Assembly: GCA_964556105.1 (NCBI GenBank)
Contig: CAZKWG010000003.1
Location: 1 to 36,332, forward strand
DNA from: an uncultured Enterobacterales bacterium
GTDB lineage: Bacteria > Myxococcota_A > UBA796 > CAZKWG01
DNA length: 36,332 bases
Direction: 5' to 3'
In this document: piece after piece, positions 26,101 through 32,866 of the stretch
How the letters are laid out: each line of letters begins with the position of its first letter
How positions within the stretch are numbered: position 1 is the first letter of the stretch
Position numbers and translations under genes: made by a program
Notes under the pieces: generated by a model
The model's database searches: none
Seen by the model: the letters and a program-made list of their open reading frames with translations, nothing else
What the model was told of the DNA's origin: nothing

Positions 26101-27164
26101 CGGGACCCGGGATCCCGGTCGACCAGCAGAAGCGCATCTTCGAGCGCTTCTACATGGCGGACATCAGCGGAGACGTCCAGCCGGGCACCGGGCTCGGCCT
26201 GGCGCTCGCGCGGGAGCTGACCGAGCTGCACGGCTGGACCCTGACGGTCCAGAGCAGCCCTGGCCAGGGCAGCACCTTCGCCGTGGAGCTGCCGCTCAGC
26301 GACGCGCCCGTGCTGCCGCTCGAGCCCACGGGGCCCGGGATGATGGAGGATCTCCCGCTCCCGGAGCCCGCCGAGCCCGATGACCGCGAGGACGTCACCA
26401 CCGTCCTGGTCGTCGACGACAACCCGGACATCCGCGGGTGGATCCGCGCTCGCCTCGGTGAACGTTTTCGTGTGATCGAGGCCGGCGATGGGCAGGAGGG
26501 GCTGGCGCGCACCCGAGCCGAGCGCCCCGATCTCGTCGTCACCGACCTGATGATGCCCGTGCTGGACGGGATCGGCTTCCTTCGGGCGGTTCGGGCCGAC
26601 CCGGAGCTCGAGGGCTTGCCGGTGGTGATGCTGACCGCGCGCGGCAGCGTCGAGGCCCAGGTCGAGGGCCTCTCCCGCGGCGCCGACGTCTACCTCACCA
26701 AGCCGTTCTCGTCCGAGGTGCTCCTGGCCCAGGTCGAGAGCCTCATCCTCCAGCGGCAGCGGCTCCGCGCCCGTCTCGCGGCGCAGGCCCACGCAGCGCC
26801 CGCGGACGAGGCGCTGCTCTCCGCGGACGCTCGCTATCTCCTCAAGATCAAGGCGGCGATCCGCGCGGGAATGGCCCAACCCGAGTTCGGCATTCAGGAG
26901 CTCGCCGACGCGGTCGCCCAGGACCGCAGCCACCTCTACAGACGGGTGGCGGCGCTGACGGGAAAGACGCCCTCCGAGCTGCTCCGCGAGGCCCGGCTGG
27001 ACGAGGCGGCCAGGCTGCTGCGCGCGCGCGCGGGCAACATCAGCGAGGTCGGCTACGCCGTCGGCTTCAACAGCATGGCGCACTTCTCCACGGCGTTCCG
27101 CAAACACTTCGGGGCGAGCCCGACGGCCTGGCTGGCGGAGCAGGGCGGCGACGCGTCCGCGTGA
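23121..27164 (+). CDS. Hybrid two-component sensor kinase / response regulator with AraC output (HTCS)
   Basis: Signal peptide, DGxLWxGT/GL Reg_prop repeats, Y_Y_Y domain (RYTAVPQGSYTFELRA), TM, SHELRTPL, NLVTNAIKY, DTGPGI, GTGLGL, receiver (VVDDN, TDLMMP, TKPF), AraC HTH (SEVGYAVGFNSMAHFSTAFRKHFG). Start likely GTG 23121; the ORF extends to TTG 23082. Confidence 0.95.
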   Translation: MLPLLVILFALLGLRPAWGAPAVGHAAWDVRDGLPLNGVSDVLLGPDGYLWVATFDGVVRFDGVRFSRVLPRDGPGWPSARVSSLRVAPDGAVWAQTGPGWLVRIDPRTDALQVFKGEQLKPAADGTVWTVSGGEVSHLGPDGLLPFDAPALRGRHVQDVEPDASGGVWCQTETALTRISADGAAWSLDVAALEIGTPKWLFQGGDGSVWVAGDQGLARLPERADDAPLLLRVGGRPWGAVAVAVSPDPDGALWVATEQDLFQWRDGQVLPLMAESPGRPPSPFRVVGPDGTTWVANRRTVLREGEVVFRVGPGDGITSIATDHEGALWVGTRRSGLHQIQSALFASIGLSDGLRSDNVYAIAEGRDGLWIAGSDTWLSRWSKGQMRGLGAAEGLPEDIAAILEDQQGVLWVGARDQGLLRSPGPAHARFAPVVEVGSGGVHALFQRGNGDLLVGLEGGLWRRRDDRWDRLDDVWGLPSAAVRAIAETRDGTLWLGTEGAGVIRMQGEVGARWSASEGAADMIRAILPVDGGAWVGTEDQGMLFFDARGPTGIRLGPAEGLPDKVVHALVPDGRGAIWGNSNKGLFRVDAAALHRFTLGGPSPAIDRYSQQDGLPDQEGNGGNHHAGLLLSDGMLAFANQRGVVLVDPTRLARPGPLAGLRIEALTAGDQRFPAADPVTLAPNQRTFELSYTALSFRSPARTRFQHRLLGLETDWVSAGDQRLARYTAVPQGSYTFELRATDGAGNASASIERLAIVVQPHLTETLTFRAALVLLGLVGIGAAWLVRDRALRRRAEELTALVAQQTAQLTADNAALQASRALVRVQAERLAEIDRLKTRYFSNLSHELRTPLTLVLGPLDDVLGGRNGSVPAASRRPLELARRSAQHLFGLVNQLLDVVKIDAGQLRLRLEVTDLGALVQAVTQDLGALAERRRQRFTVQVPSSPVPVALDRRESAKIITNLVTNAIKYTPVGGAISVRLSVGEGGARLEVQDTGPGIPVDQQKRIFERFYMADISGDVQPGTGLGLALARELTELHGWTLTVQSSPGQGSTFAVELPLSDAPVLPLEPTGPGMMEDLPLPEPAEPDDREDVTTVLVVDDNPDIRGWIRARLGERFRVIEAGDGQEGLARTRAERPDLVVTDLMMPVLDGIGFLRAVRADPELEGLPVVMLTARGSVEAQVEGLSRGADVYLTKPFSSEVLLAQVESLILQRQRLRARLAAQAHAAPADEALLSADARYLLKIKAAIRAGMAQPEFGIQELADAVAQDRSHLYRRVAALTGKTPSELLREARLDEAARLLRARAGNISEVGYAVGFNSMAHFSTAFRKHFGASPTAWLAEQGGDASA

Positions 27165-27167
27165 GCC

Positions 27168-27554
27168 TCAGGCGGACGCCCCGTCCGGGTCGGCCAGACC
27201 CAGCCGCCGCGGATCTCCGCGGGTGTGTCGCGTGCAGACCACCTCGGTGGCCCCCAGGCGCTCGGCCAGCTTGCGGAAGCCCTCCTCCGCCAGGAGCCGA
27301 TCCCCGCAGGTGAACAGGTCCAACGCCGCGTACCCGAGCTCTGGCCAGGTGTGGATGGCGATGTGCGACTCGGCGATCACCACCACGCCGCTGACGCCCT
27401 GAGGCGCAAACTTGTGGAACTGGCTGGAGACGATGGTCGCCTGGGCGACCCGCGCCGCCTCCAGCACGAAGGTCGCGATCTGCTCCTGGTCGTCGAGCAG
27501 GGCCGTGTCGCAGCCGTACAGGTCGGCGGTCCATTGAACTCCGAGCGGGGTCAT
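27168..27554 (-). CDS. speD: S-adenosylmethionine decarboxylase proenzyme (class 1B, SpeH-type)
   Basis: HKFAPQGVSGVVVIAESHIAIHTWPELGYAALDLFTCG contains the ESH self-cleavage site. ATGA overlap with the upstream gene. Confidence 0.93.
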   Translation of the reverse strand: MTPLGVQWTADLYGCDTALLDDQEQIATFVLEAARVAQATIVSSQFHKFAPQGVSGVVVIAESHIAIHTWPELGYAALDLFTCGDRLLAEEGFRKLAERLGATEVVCTRHTRGDPRRLGLADPDGASA

Positions 27555-28330
27555 GACCGCGCCTCCTCGTCCGATCCGTCGCTAACCCGGGATCGGACGC
27601 TCCCGTAGAAGAAACAGTTGCATTCGCCATAACTGGGCAGATACACGTCCTCTCGCACCAGATCGTCCAGGGACCCGGCGAGCAGCTCCGCCACCAGCAT
27701 GGACACGTCCAGCTCTCCGGGGGGCACCTCGGACGGTCCTCCCTGCATCGAGAGCCACCCGCCCGGCCGGACCAGGGGGAGCACCGCGTCGATCATCTCG
27801 CGGAACAGCCTCGCCACGTCCTGCGAGCGCGCGGGGTCCAGCGGGATGTCCGTGAGGTCGAGCACCACGCCGTCGAAGGTGTCTCTCGGCAGCCCGCGCG
27901 CGAAGGCCACGCCGTCGCCAATGTGCAGCTCTGTGCGATCATCCAGGCTGAATCCGGGGTTCAGCCACACCTCGGCGAGCTCGACCACGTCCGGGTCGAT
28001 GTCCACCACCACCAGCCGCGCCTGGGGCGCCCGATCATGGACCCGGCGGGCCACATACCCGTCGCCTCCACCGACGATGAGCACGTCCCGGTCGGAGGAC
28101 CGCAGGGGCGCGAGGATGGCGTCGTCATAGAGCAGGTGGTCGGTCGAGGCCGTCTGCATGACCCCGTCGATGACCAGGCAGCGCCCATGCTCGACGGTGT
28201 CGACCACGAGGATCTCCTGGAAGCTGGACCGGCGCTCCGCCAGACGGCGCGTCACGGCGAGCTCGAAGACGCCGCCGGTGGCGTAGAGCACGGTCGAGAG
28301 CAGCTCAGGGGCGGTCTGCGTCTCAGGCAT
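27551..28330 (-). CDS. speE: Spermidine synthase / polyamine aminopropyltransferase
   Basis: SSFQEILVVDT..HGRCLVIDGVMQ, VLIVGGGDG, VVVDIDPDVV, IGDG, DGVVLDLTD. Start trimmed to ATG 28330. Coupled to speD. Confidence 0.85.
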   Translation of the reverse strand: MPETQTAPELLSTVLYATGGVFELAVTRRLAERRSSFQEILVVDTVEHGRCLVIDGVMQTASTDHLLYDDAILAPLRSSDRDVLIVGGGDGYVARRVHDRAPQARLVVVDIDPDVVELAEVWLNPGFSLDDRTELHIGDGVAFARGLPRDTFDGVVLDLTDIPLDPARSQDVARLFREMIDAVLPLVRPGGWLSMQGGPSEVPPGELDVSMLVAELLAGSLDDLVREDVYLPSYGECNCFFYGSVRSRVSDGSDEEARS

Positions 28331-28444
28331 TCTGCGTCTCGGGCATGGGGACCTCGCGGGAGCCACAGCGGGGAGTCGCTCGCTGTCCGTAATGTCGCGT
28401 GTCCGGGCGCTGCGTGCGTTGCGCAGACTTGCGCGCAGGTTGTA

Positions 28445-28480
28445 TTCCGAAAAGATGCGGTAAAGCCGCACCTTTCGGGA
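28445..28480. promoter_or_regulatory. Imperfect inverted repeat in the speE / oxidoreductase divergent region
   Basis: Minus strand CCGAAAGGTGCGG-CTTTA-CCGCATCTTTTCGG forms a 13-bp stem with one G-U and one bulge, in a locally AT-richer patch. Confidence 0.4.
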
Positions 28481-28594
28481 GGCTTCCGCTGGGCTCGAGG
28501 CGAGCGCGAGGCGCGACGGGCCGCGCGGATTCGAGCGTCGGCTGGCTTTCCATCTGGGGCGTGGCCCGATAGCCCATGGCCCGCGGGGTGTGGC

Positions 28595-29773
28595 GTGGAG
28601 CGCGCGGAGGTGATCATCGTCGGCGCGGGCGTCGCGGGAGCATCGGCTGCCCGCTCGCTGGCGCGTCGTCATGACGTGCTCGTGCTGGAGCAGGGCGCGC
28701 AGGCGGGGGCGGAGGCCTCCGCGCAGAACGCGGGGATGGTGCGGCGCCTGGTGACGGACGAGGTCGAGCGCGCGCTGGCCTGCCGCAGCGTCGAGCTGCT
28801 GCCGGCCTGGGTCGAGGACGGCCTGCCCGAAGGTGCCTTCCGGCGAACCGGGGCGGTGCTGGCGACCGTGGCGGAGGGCGAGCGCGCCGAGGCGCTCCAG
28901 GCGGCGGTGTCGGCGCTGCGAGCGCGCGGGATCGGGGTCGAGGCGTCGAGCGGCGCGGCCCTGCAGGAGCTCGCGCCGGCGCTGGCTGGAGCCCACCTGG
29001 CGTGGGCGTGGTGGCTGCCCGAGGAGGGCCTCCTCGACGCGCATGCGGTCGTCCAGACCGGGCTCGCCGTGGCCCGCAGGCTCGGGGGCAGGGTGGAGCG
29101 CGAGCGGCGCGTGGGCGCGCTGCGGGTCGAGGGCGGGCGGGTCATCGGCGTCCAGACGGCCGAGGGGCCCATCTACGCAGAGCAGGTCCTCCTCGCCACG
29201 GGCGCCTGGGGCGCCTGGCTGGCCGCCACCGCGGGGCTTCGGCGCCCCCTGGTCCCGCTGGCCCGCCACCTGCTCCACTCGGACCCCCACCCCCTCGCCC
29301 TGGCGCAGCATCCTTACTGCTGGCTGGACGATGCCGGCCTCTACGTGCGCCCCGAGGGCGGCGGCTGGCTGCTCAGCCCCTGTGACGAGACGCCCCTCCC
29401 GCCACCCGCCGGCGCGGGATCGGCGGGGCCCGTCGCGCCGGAGACGCGCGGGCTGGCGATGGAGAAGCTGGAACGCCACCTCCCCGCCATCGCCGGCGCG
29501 CGCCTCTCGGGTGGTTGGACCGGGCTGCGCACCTTCTCCCCGGATCGGCGCCCCTGGATTGGCCCCGACCCGGATCTGGCCGGGCTCTGGTGGCTGGCGG
29601 GTCTGGGCGGAGCGGGGGTCACCTGCGCATTCTCGGCGGGGGAGGCGATCTGTGCCGCGATGGAGGGCGCTCGGGTCCCGGGCCTGGACCTGGCGTCGCT
29701 GGACCCCGGACGCAGGACAGAGACCGATCGCCTGCCCCTCGGCGCCGCCCGCGTTCTGCCTTGGAACGATTAA
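28595..29773 (+). CDS. FAD-dependent oxidoreductase, DAO / sarcosine oxidase beta-like family
   Basis: VIIVGAGVAGASAA, ASAQNAGMV, VLLATGAW, YVRPEGGG, WTGLRTFSPDRRPWIG, AGLGGAGV. Start trimmed to GTG 28595. Confidence 0.9.
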   Translation: MERAEVIIVGAGVAGASAARSLARRHDVLVLEQGAQAGAEASAQNAGMVRRLVTDEVERALACRSVELLPAWVEDGLPEGAFRRTGAVLATVAEGERAEALQAAVSALRARGIGVEASSGAALQELAPALAGAHLAWAWWLPEEGLLDAHAVVQTGLAVARRLGGRVERERRVGALRVEGGRVIGVQTAEGPIYAEQVLLATGAWGAWLAATAGLRRPLVPLARHLLHSDPHPLALAQHPYCWLDDAGLYVRPEGGGWLLSPCDETPLPPPAGAGSAGPVAPETRGLAMEKLERHLPAIAGARLSGGWTGLRTFSPDRRPWIGPDPDLAGLWWLAGLGGAGVTCAFSAGEAICAAMEGARVPGLDLASLDPGRRTETDRLPLGAARVLPWND

Positions 29774-29898
29774 TCAGCGTTCAAGTATCACAATGAAAGA
29801 GATCACAAAATTCTTGTTGCCTCAAGTGTGATTCCCCGGATAGTGACAACTCGTGACGAGCCGACCCTCCTGTCGGCCGTCGAACCCCCGGAGCGGCC

Positions 29899-29997
29899 AT
29901 GAACATGAAGAACATCGGCGCCACCTCCGGCTTCCCGCGTCCGCAACTTGTAGCGGTCTCGCGCGTAGGGTTCGTCGTCGTCGGAACGCGCTGCTGA
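29899..29997 (+). CDS. Candidate 32-aa leader peptide MNMKNIGATSGFPRPQLVAVSRVGFVVVGTRC
   Basis: GGAG RBS at 29890-29893, ATG 29899, TGA 29995-29997. Six Val codons in an 11-codon stretch. Lies upstream of a hairpin and the MATE gene. Confidence 0.5.
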   Translation: MNMKNIGATSGFPRPQLVAVSRVGFVVVGTRC

Positions 29998-30059
29998 AAC
30001 GAGCTCGCCTCGTCTGAGCCCCGGGCCCCTGAGTCCGGTCCCCCGCGTCCATCCAGCCT

Positions 30060-30080
30060 GACCCACGCTCGTGGGTCTTT
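30060..30080 (+). terminator. Candidate attenuator terminator upstream of the MATE gene
   Basis: GACCCAC-GCTC-GTGGGTC is a perfect 7-bp stem followed by TTT (short U tract), 75 nt before the MATE ATG. Confidence 0.45.
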
Positions 30081-30155
30081 CGCCGCGCCACGTACCCCCG
30101 TCGTGGCCGGTTTCACGGCGTCTCTGCCACGGAGCGCCGCAAGAGGAGGTGCGCC

Positions 30156-31538
30156 ATGGCGGCGCATTCCAGTACTGGTGTGAGCCTTCCCCTCCCCGAG
30201 CGCATCGGATGGCGCTCCGTCTTCGGTCTCGCCTGGCCGATGATGATCTCCAGAATGTCCGACACCTTGATGATGGTGGTCGATACCCTGTTCGTGAGTC
30301 GTCTTGGCACCGCGGCGCTCGCCGGCGTCGGCATCGCCATCAGCGGGAGCCACCTCGTGGTGGGCTTCGGCTGGGGCCTGCTCATGGGCGTGCGCGTGGC
30401 GGTGTCGCATTACACCGGCGCCGGACGCCCCGAGTCCGCGGCGCGCATCGGCTGGCAGGGCGCATGGCTGGCGGCCCTGCTCGGCGCCATCGCCTGGCTG
30501 GCCATTCCCTTCGCCGCCTGGGGCCTCTCGCTCACAGGCGCCGAAGGGGAGGTGCTCCCCCACGCGCTCGGCTTTCTGCAGGTGCGCGTGGCCGGCGCGC
30601 CGCTGCTCTTTGGAGTCCTGGCGGTGAGCGGCTACTTTCAGGGCACCGGGGACACCCGGACCCCGATGGTGGGCACGCTGCTGGCCAACGCGCTGAACCT
30701 CGCGCTGAACCCGCTGTTCATCTTCGGCTGGGGGCCCGTGCCGGCCCTCGGCGCGGCGGGCGCGGCGCTGGCCACTGTGATCTCCATGGGCGTGAACCTC
30801 GCCTGGCTGGGCCTCCGCTTTCTCCGCCACACCCCGCGGGTGGCGCGGGGTCCCCAGCGCGCGCTGCTCGCCGAGATCACCCGGCCGGGCGTGCCGATGG
30901 GCATGAACATGCTCCAGGAGATCGGATCCTTCGCGATCTTCATGGCCTTCCTCGCGCACTGCGGCGCCATCCATCTGGCGGCGCACGTGGTGGTGGTGCG
31001 CATCGTGCTGATGAGCTTCCTGCCCGGCTGGGCGGTGGGCGAGGCGGGCGGTGTGCTGGTGGGGCAGGCGCTGGGCGGGCGGCGGCCCGAGCTGGCGCGG
31101 CAGGCCTGGCGCGCGTCCGTGACCCTCGCGCTGAGCTTCATGGGCGCCTTTGGCGTGCTCTTCGTGGCCTTCCCCGCCACCCTGTTGAGCATCTTCAGCC
31201 CGGCGCCCGAGGTGCTGGAGCTGGGCGTGCGCATGCTCTGGATCGCCGCGGCCTTCCAGATCTTCGACGCCGTCGCGACCGTGGGGCTGTGCTGCTTGAA
31301 CGGGGCGGGGGACAACCGCTTCACGATGGCGCTGCAGCTCATCGGCGCCTGGCTGCTGAAGGTGCCGCTGGCCTGGCTCTTCGCCCTGCCGCTCGGGCTG
31401 GGCGCGCCGGGGGCCTGGCTGGGGATGACCCTGGACATCGTGATGCTGGCCGCGCTCTGCCTCTGGCGGATCCGCGGGGATCGCTGGCTCTCGGCGGCCC
31501 CTGAGCCAGAGCGACGGCTCAGCGAGGCCCTGGCCTAG
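30156..31538 (+). CDS. MATE family efflux transporter
   Basis: LAWPMMIS, VVDTLFVSRLGTAALAGVG, GYFQGTGDTRTPM, NPLFIFGWG..PALGAAGAALAT, FQIFDA, LGLGAPGAW. About 12 TM. GAGGAGG RBS. Confidence 0.95.
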   Translation: MAAHSSTGVSLPLPERIGWRSVFGLAWPMMISRMSDTLMMVVDTLFVSRLGTAALAGVGIAISGSHLVVGFGWGLLMGVRVAVSHYTGAGRPESAARIGWQGAWLAALLGAIAWLAIPFAAWGLSLTGAEGEVLPHALGFLQVRVAGAPLLFGVLAVSGYFQGTGDTRTPMVGTLLANALNLALNPLFIFGWGPVPALGAAGAALATVISMGVNLAWLGLRFLRHTPRVARGPQRALLAEITRPGVPMGMNMLQEIGSFAIFMAFLAHCGAIHLAAHVVVVRIVLMSFLPGWAVGEAGGVLVGQALGGRRPELARQAWRASVTLALSFMGAFGVLFVAFPATLLSIFSPAPEVLELGVRMLWIAAAFQIFDAVATVGLCCLNGAGDNRFTMALQLIGAWLLKVPLAWLFALPLGLGAPGAWLGMTLDIVMLAALCLWRIRGDRWLSAAPEPERRLSEALA

Positions 31539-32839
31539 TCCGGATCCTCGCGCGTCTCGTAGCCGATGGACTCGAGCGCCCCCGGGGACAGCCCCGGGGG
31601 CGCGGAGGGCGGCAGGGTCCGCATGCGAGGCTCGAGCGCCCGGATCCGCGCCTCGTAAGCGCTGACCGCGCCGTCCAGCGAGGGCGGGAGGGTGGCGGGC
31701 TCCTGCAGCGCGCCGCCTCGGTAGACGGCGATCGGCGCCCCGACCGGCCGCCCCAGCGAGCCCGCCGCCAGCCGCCAGAGGGCCTGGTCCTGGCCGGCGC
31801 GAAGAGACAGGAGGCCCGGTCCCTCCCAGGGGTCCGTGGCGGTGGCGACGACCGGGCTCGCGAGCGGGGCCTGGCCCTCGATCAGCGCGAAGACGCCGCT
31901 CAGACCGACCTGATCCTCCACGACGCTCCCGGGGCTCAGGCCCTCGGGCGGAGGTGCGACCACCAGCGGGACGCGCAGGACCTCCTCGCTCAAGGAGGCG
32001 CGGTGGTTGAAATAGTAGCCTCCGCCGAAGCTCTCGCCGTGATCGGCCGTCACGATGATCCGCGCGTCCTTGGGCGCCGCGGCGACGAGGCGGCCCAGCT
32101 CCAGGTCCAGGGCCTCGATCTCGCAGCGGTACAGCGCGATGACGTGCTGAAGATCGACCTCCGGCAGGACCGGGCGCGGCGGGGCCTCTCCCTGATAGTC
32201 CCGTAGCGAGGCCATGCTCCCGTCGATGGCGCCGCGATAGTCGGGGTCACAGGGGCCGGCGGGCTCGTAGGGGTAGTGCGCGTCGAAGTAGTGGACGAAG
32301 GCGAAGAAGGGGCCGGTCTGCGTGGCTATCCAGGCCAGCGCGGCCGCGGTCACCTCGGGCGCGCGGCGCTTGGGCTCCTGCCCGGGCGTGCCGCGGTCAT
32401 CGTATCGGTCGAAGCCCCGGTTCAGGCCGGTCAGGCGCGCCTCCAGCGTGATCCCTCCGACGAAGGCTCCGGTGCTGAAGCCCGCGCGTCGCAGGCGCTC
32501 GGCGGCGGTCTCGCCCGTCCAGGTGGAGTCGTTGGCCTTGGGGATGTCGCCGTGCAGGGCGGGCTCCACGCCGGTCATCATCGACCAGTGGGACCAGGAG
32601 GTCTCGGGGAAGTGGGTGATCGCCTGCGTCCAGCGCGCGCCGCGAGCGGCGAGCGCGTTCAGGTGCGGCGTGGTGGCGCCCTCGCCGTACAGCGCGAGGT
32701 GCAGGGCGCTCACCGTGTCCCAGGAGACGAGGATCACCGACGGCTGCGCCGCGGGCTCCACGGCGGGAGCCTCCTCGCGAGGCGCGCTGGAGCGGGGAGA
32801 ACAGGAGATCAGGAGGCCCAGGGCGATCAGAGCTGCCAT
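31535..32839 (-). CDS. Sulfatase / alkaline-phosphatase superfamily lipoprotein with predicted Thr nucleophile
   Basis: LLISC lipobox-like, ILVSWDT, FPETSWSHWSMMTG, RGFDRYDD, VHYFDAHYPY, VTADHGE, VLRVPLVV, LESIGY C-terminus. Start trimmed to ATG 32839. Confidence 0.85.
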   Translation of the reverse strand: MAALIALGLLISCSPRSSAPREEAPAVEPAAQPSVILVSWDTVSALHLALYGEGATTPHLNALAARGARWTQAITHFPETSWSHWSMMTGVEPALHGDIPKANDSTWTGETAAERLRRAGFSTGAFVGGITLEARLTGLNRGFDRYDDRGTPGQEPKRRAPEVTAAALAWIATQTGPFFAFVHYFDAHYPYEPAGPCDPDYRGAIDGSMASLRDYQGEAPPRPVLPEVDLQHVIALYRCEIEALDLELGRLVAAAPKDARIIVTADHGESFGGGYYFNHRASLSEEVLRVPLVVAPPPEGLSPGSVVEDQVGLSGVFALIEGQAPLASPVVATATDPWEGPGLLSLRAGQDQALWRLAAGSLGRPVGAPIAVYRGGALQEPATLPPSLDGAVSAYEARIRALEPRMRTLPPSAPPGLSPGALESIGYETREDPD

Positions 32840-32866
32840 GATGCCCAGTCTAGCATGAGACGATCG

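Noticed and set aside
22218-27107. Very long antisense or alternate-frame ORFs (1629 aa here; also 17440-20301, 13347-15455, 9001-10941 and many others)
   Set aside because: They are shadows of motif-supported genes on the other strand or frame, expected in high-GC DNA with few stop codons, and show no recognisable motifs.
29992-30060. TGC-TGA at the end of the leader ORF as a possible Cys-Sec selenopeptide, given tRNA-Sec in the window
   Set aside because: The readthrough frame is featureless Pro/Ser-rich sequence, is not in frame with MATE, and I see no convincing bacterial SECIS hairpin just after the UGA.
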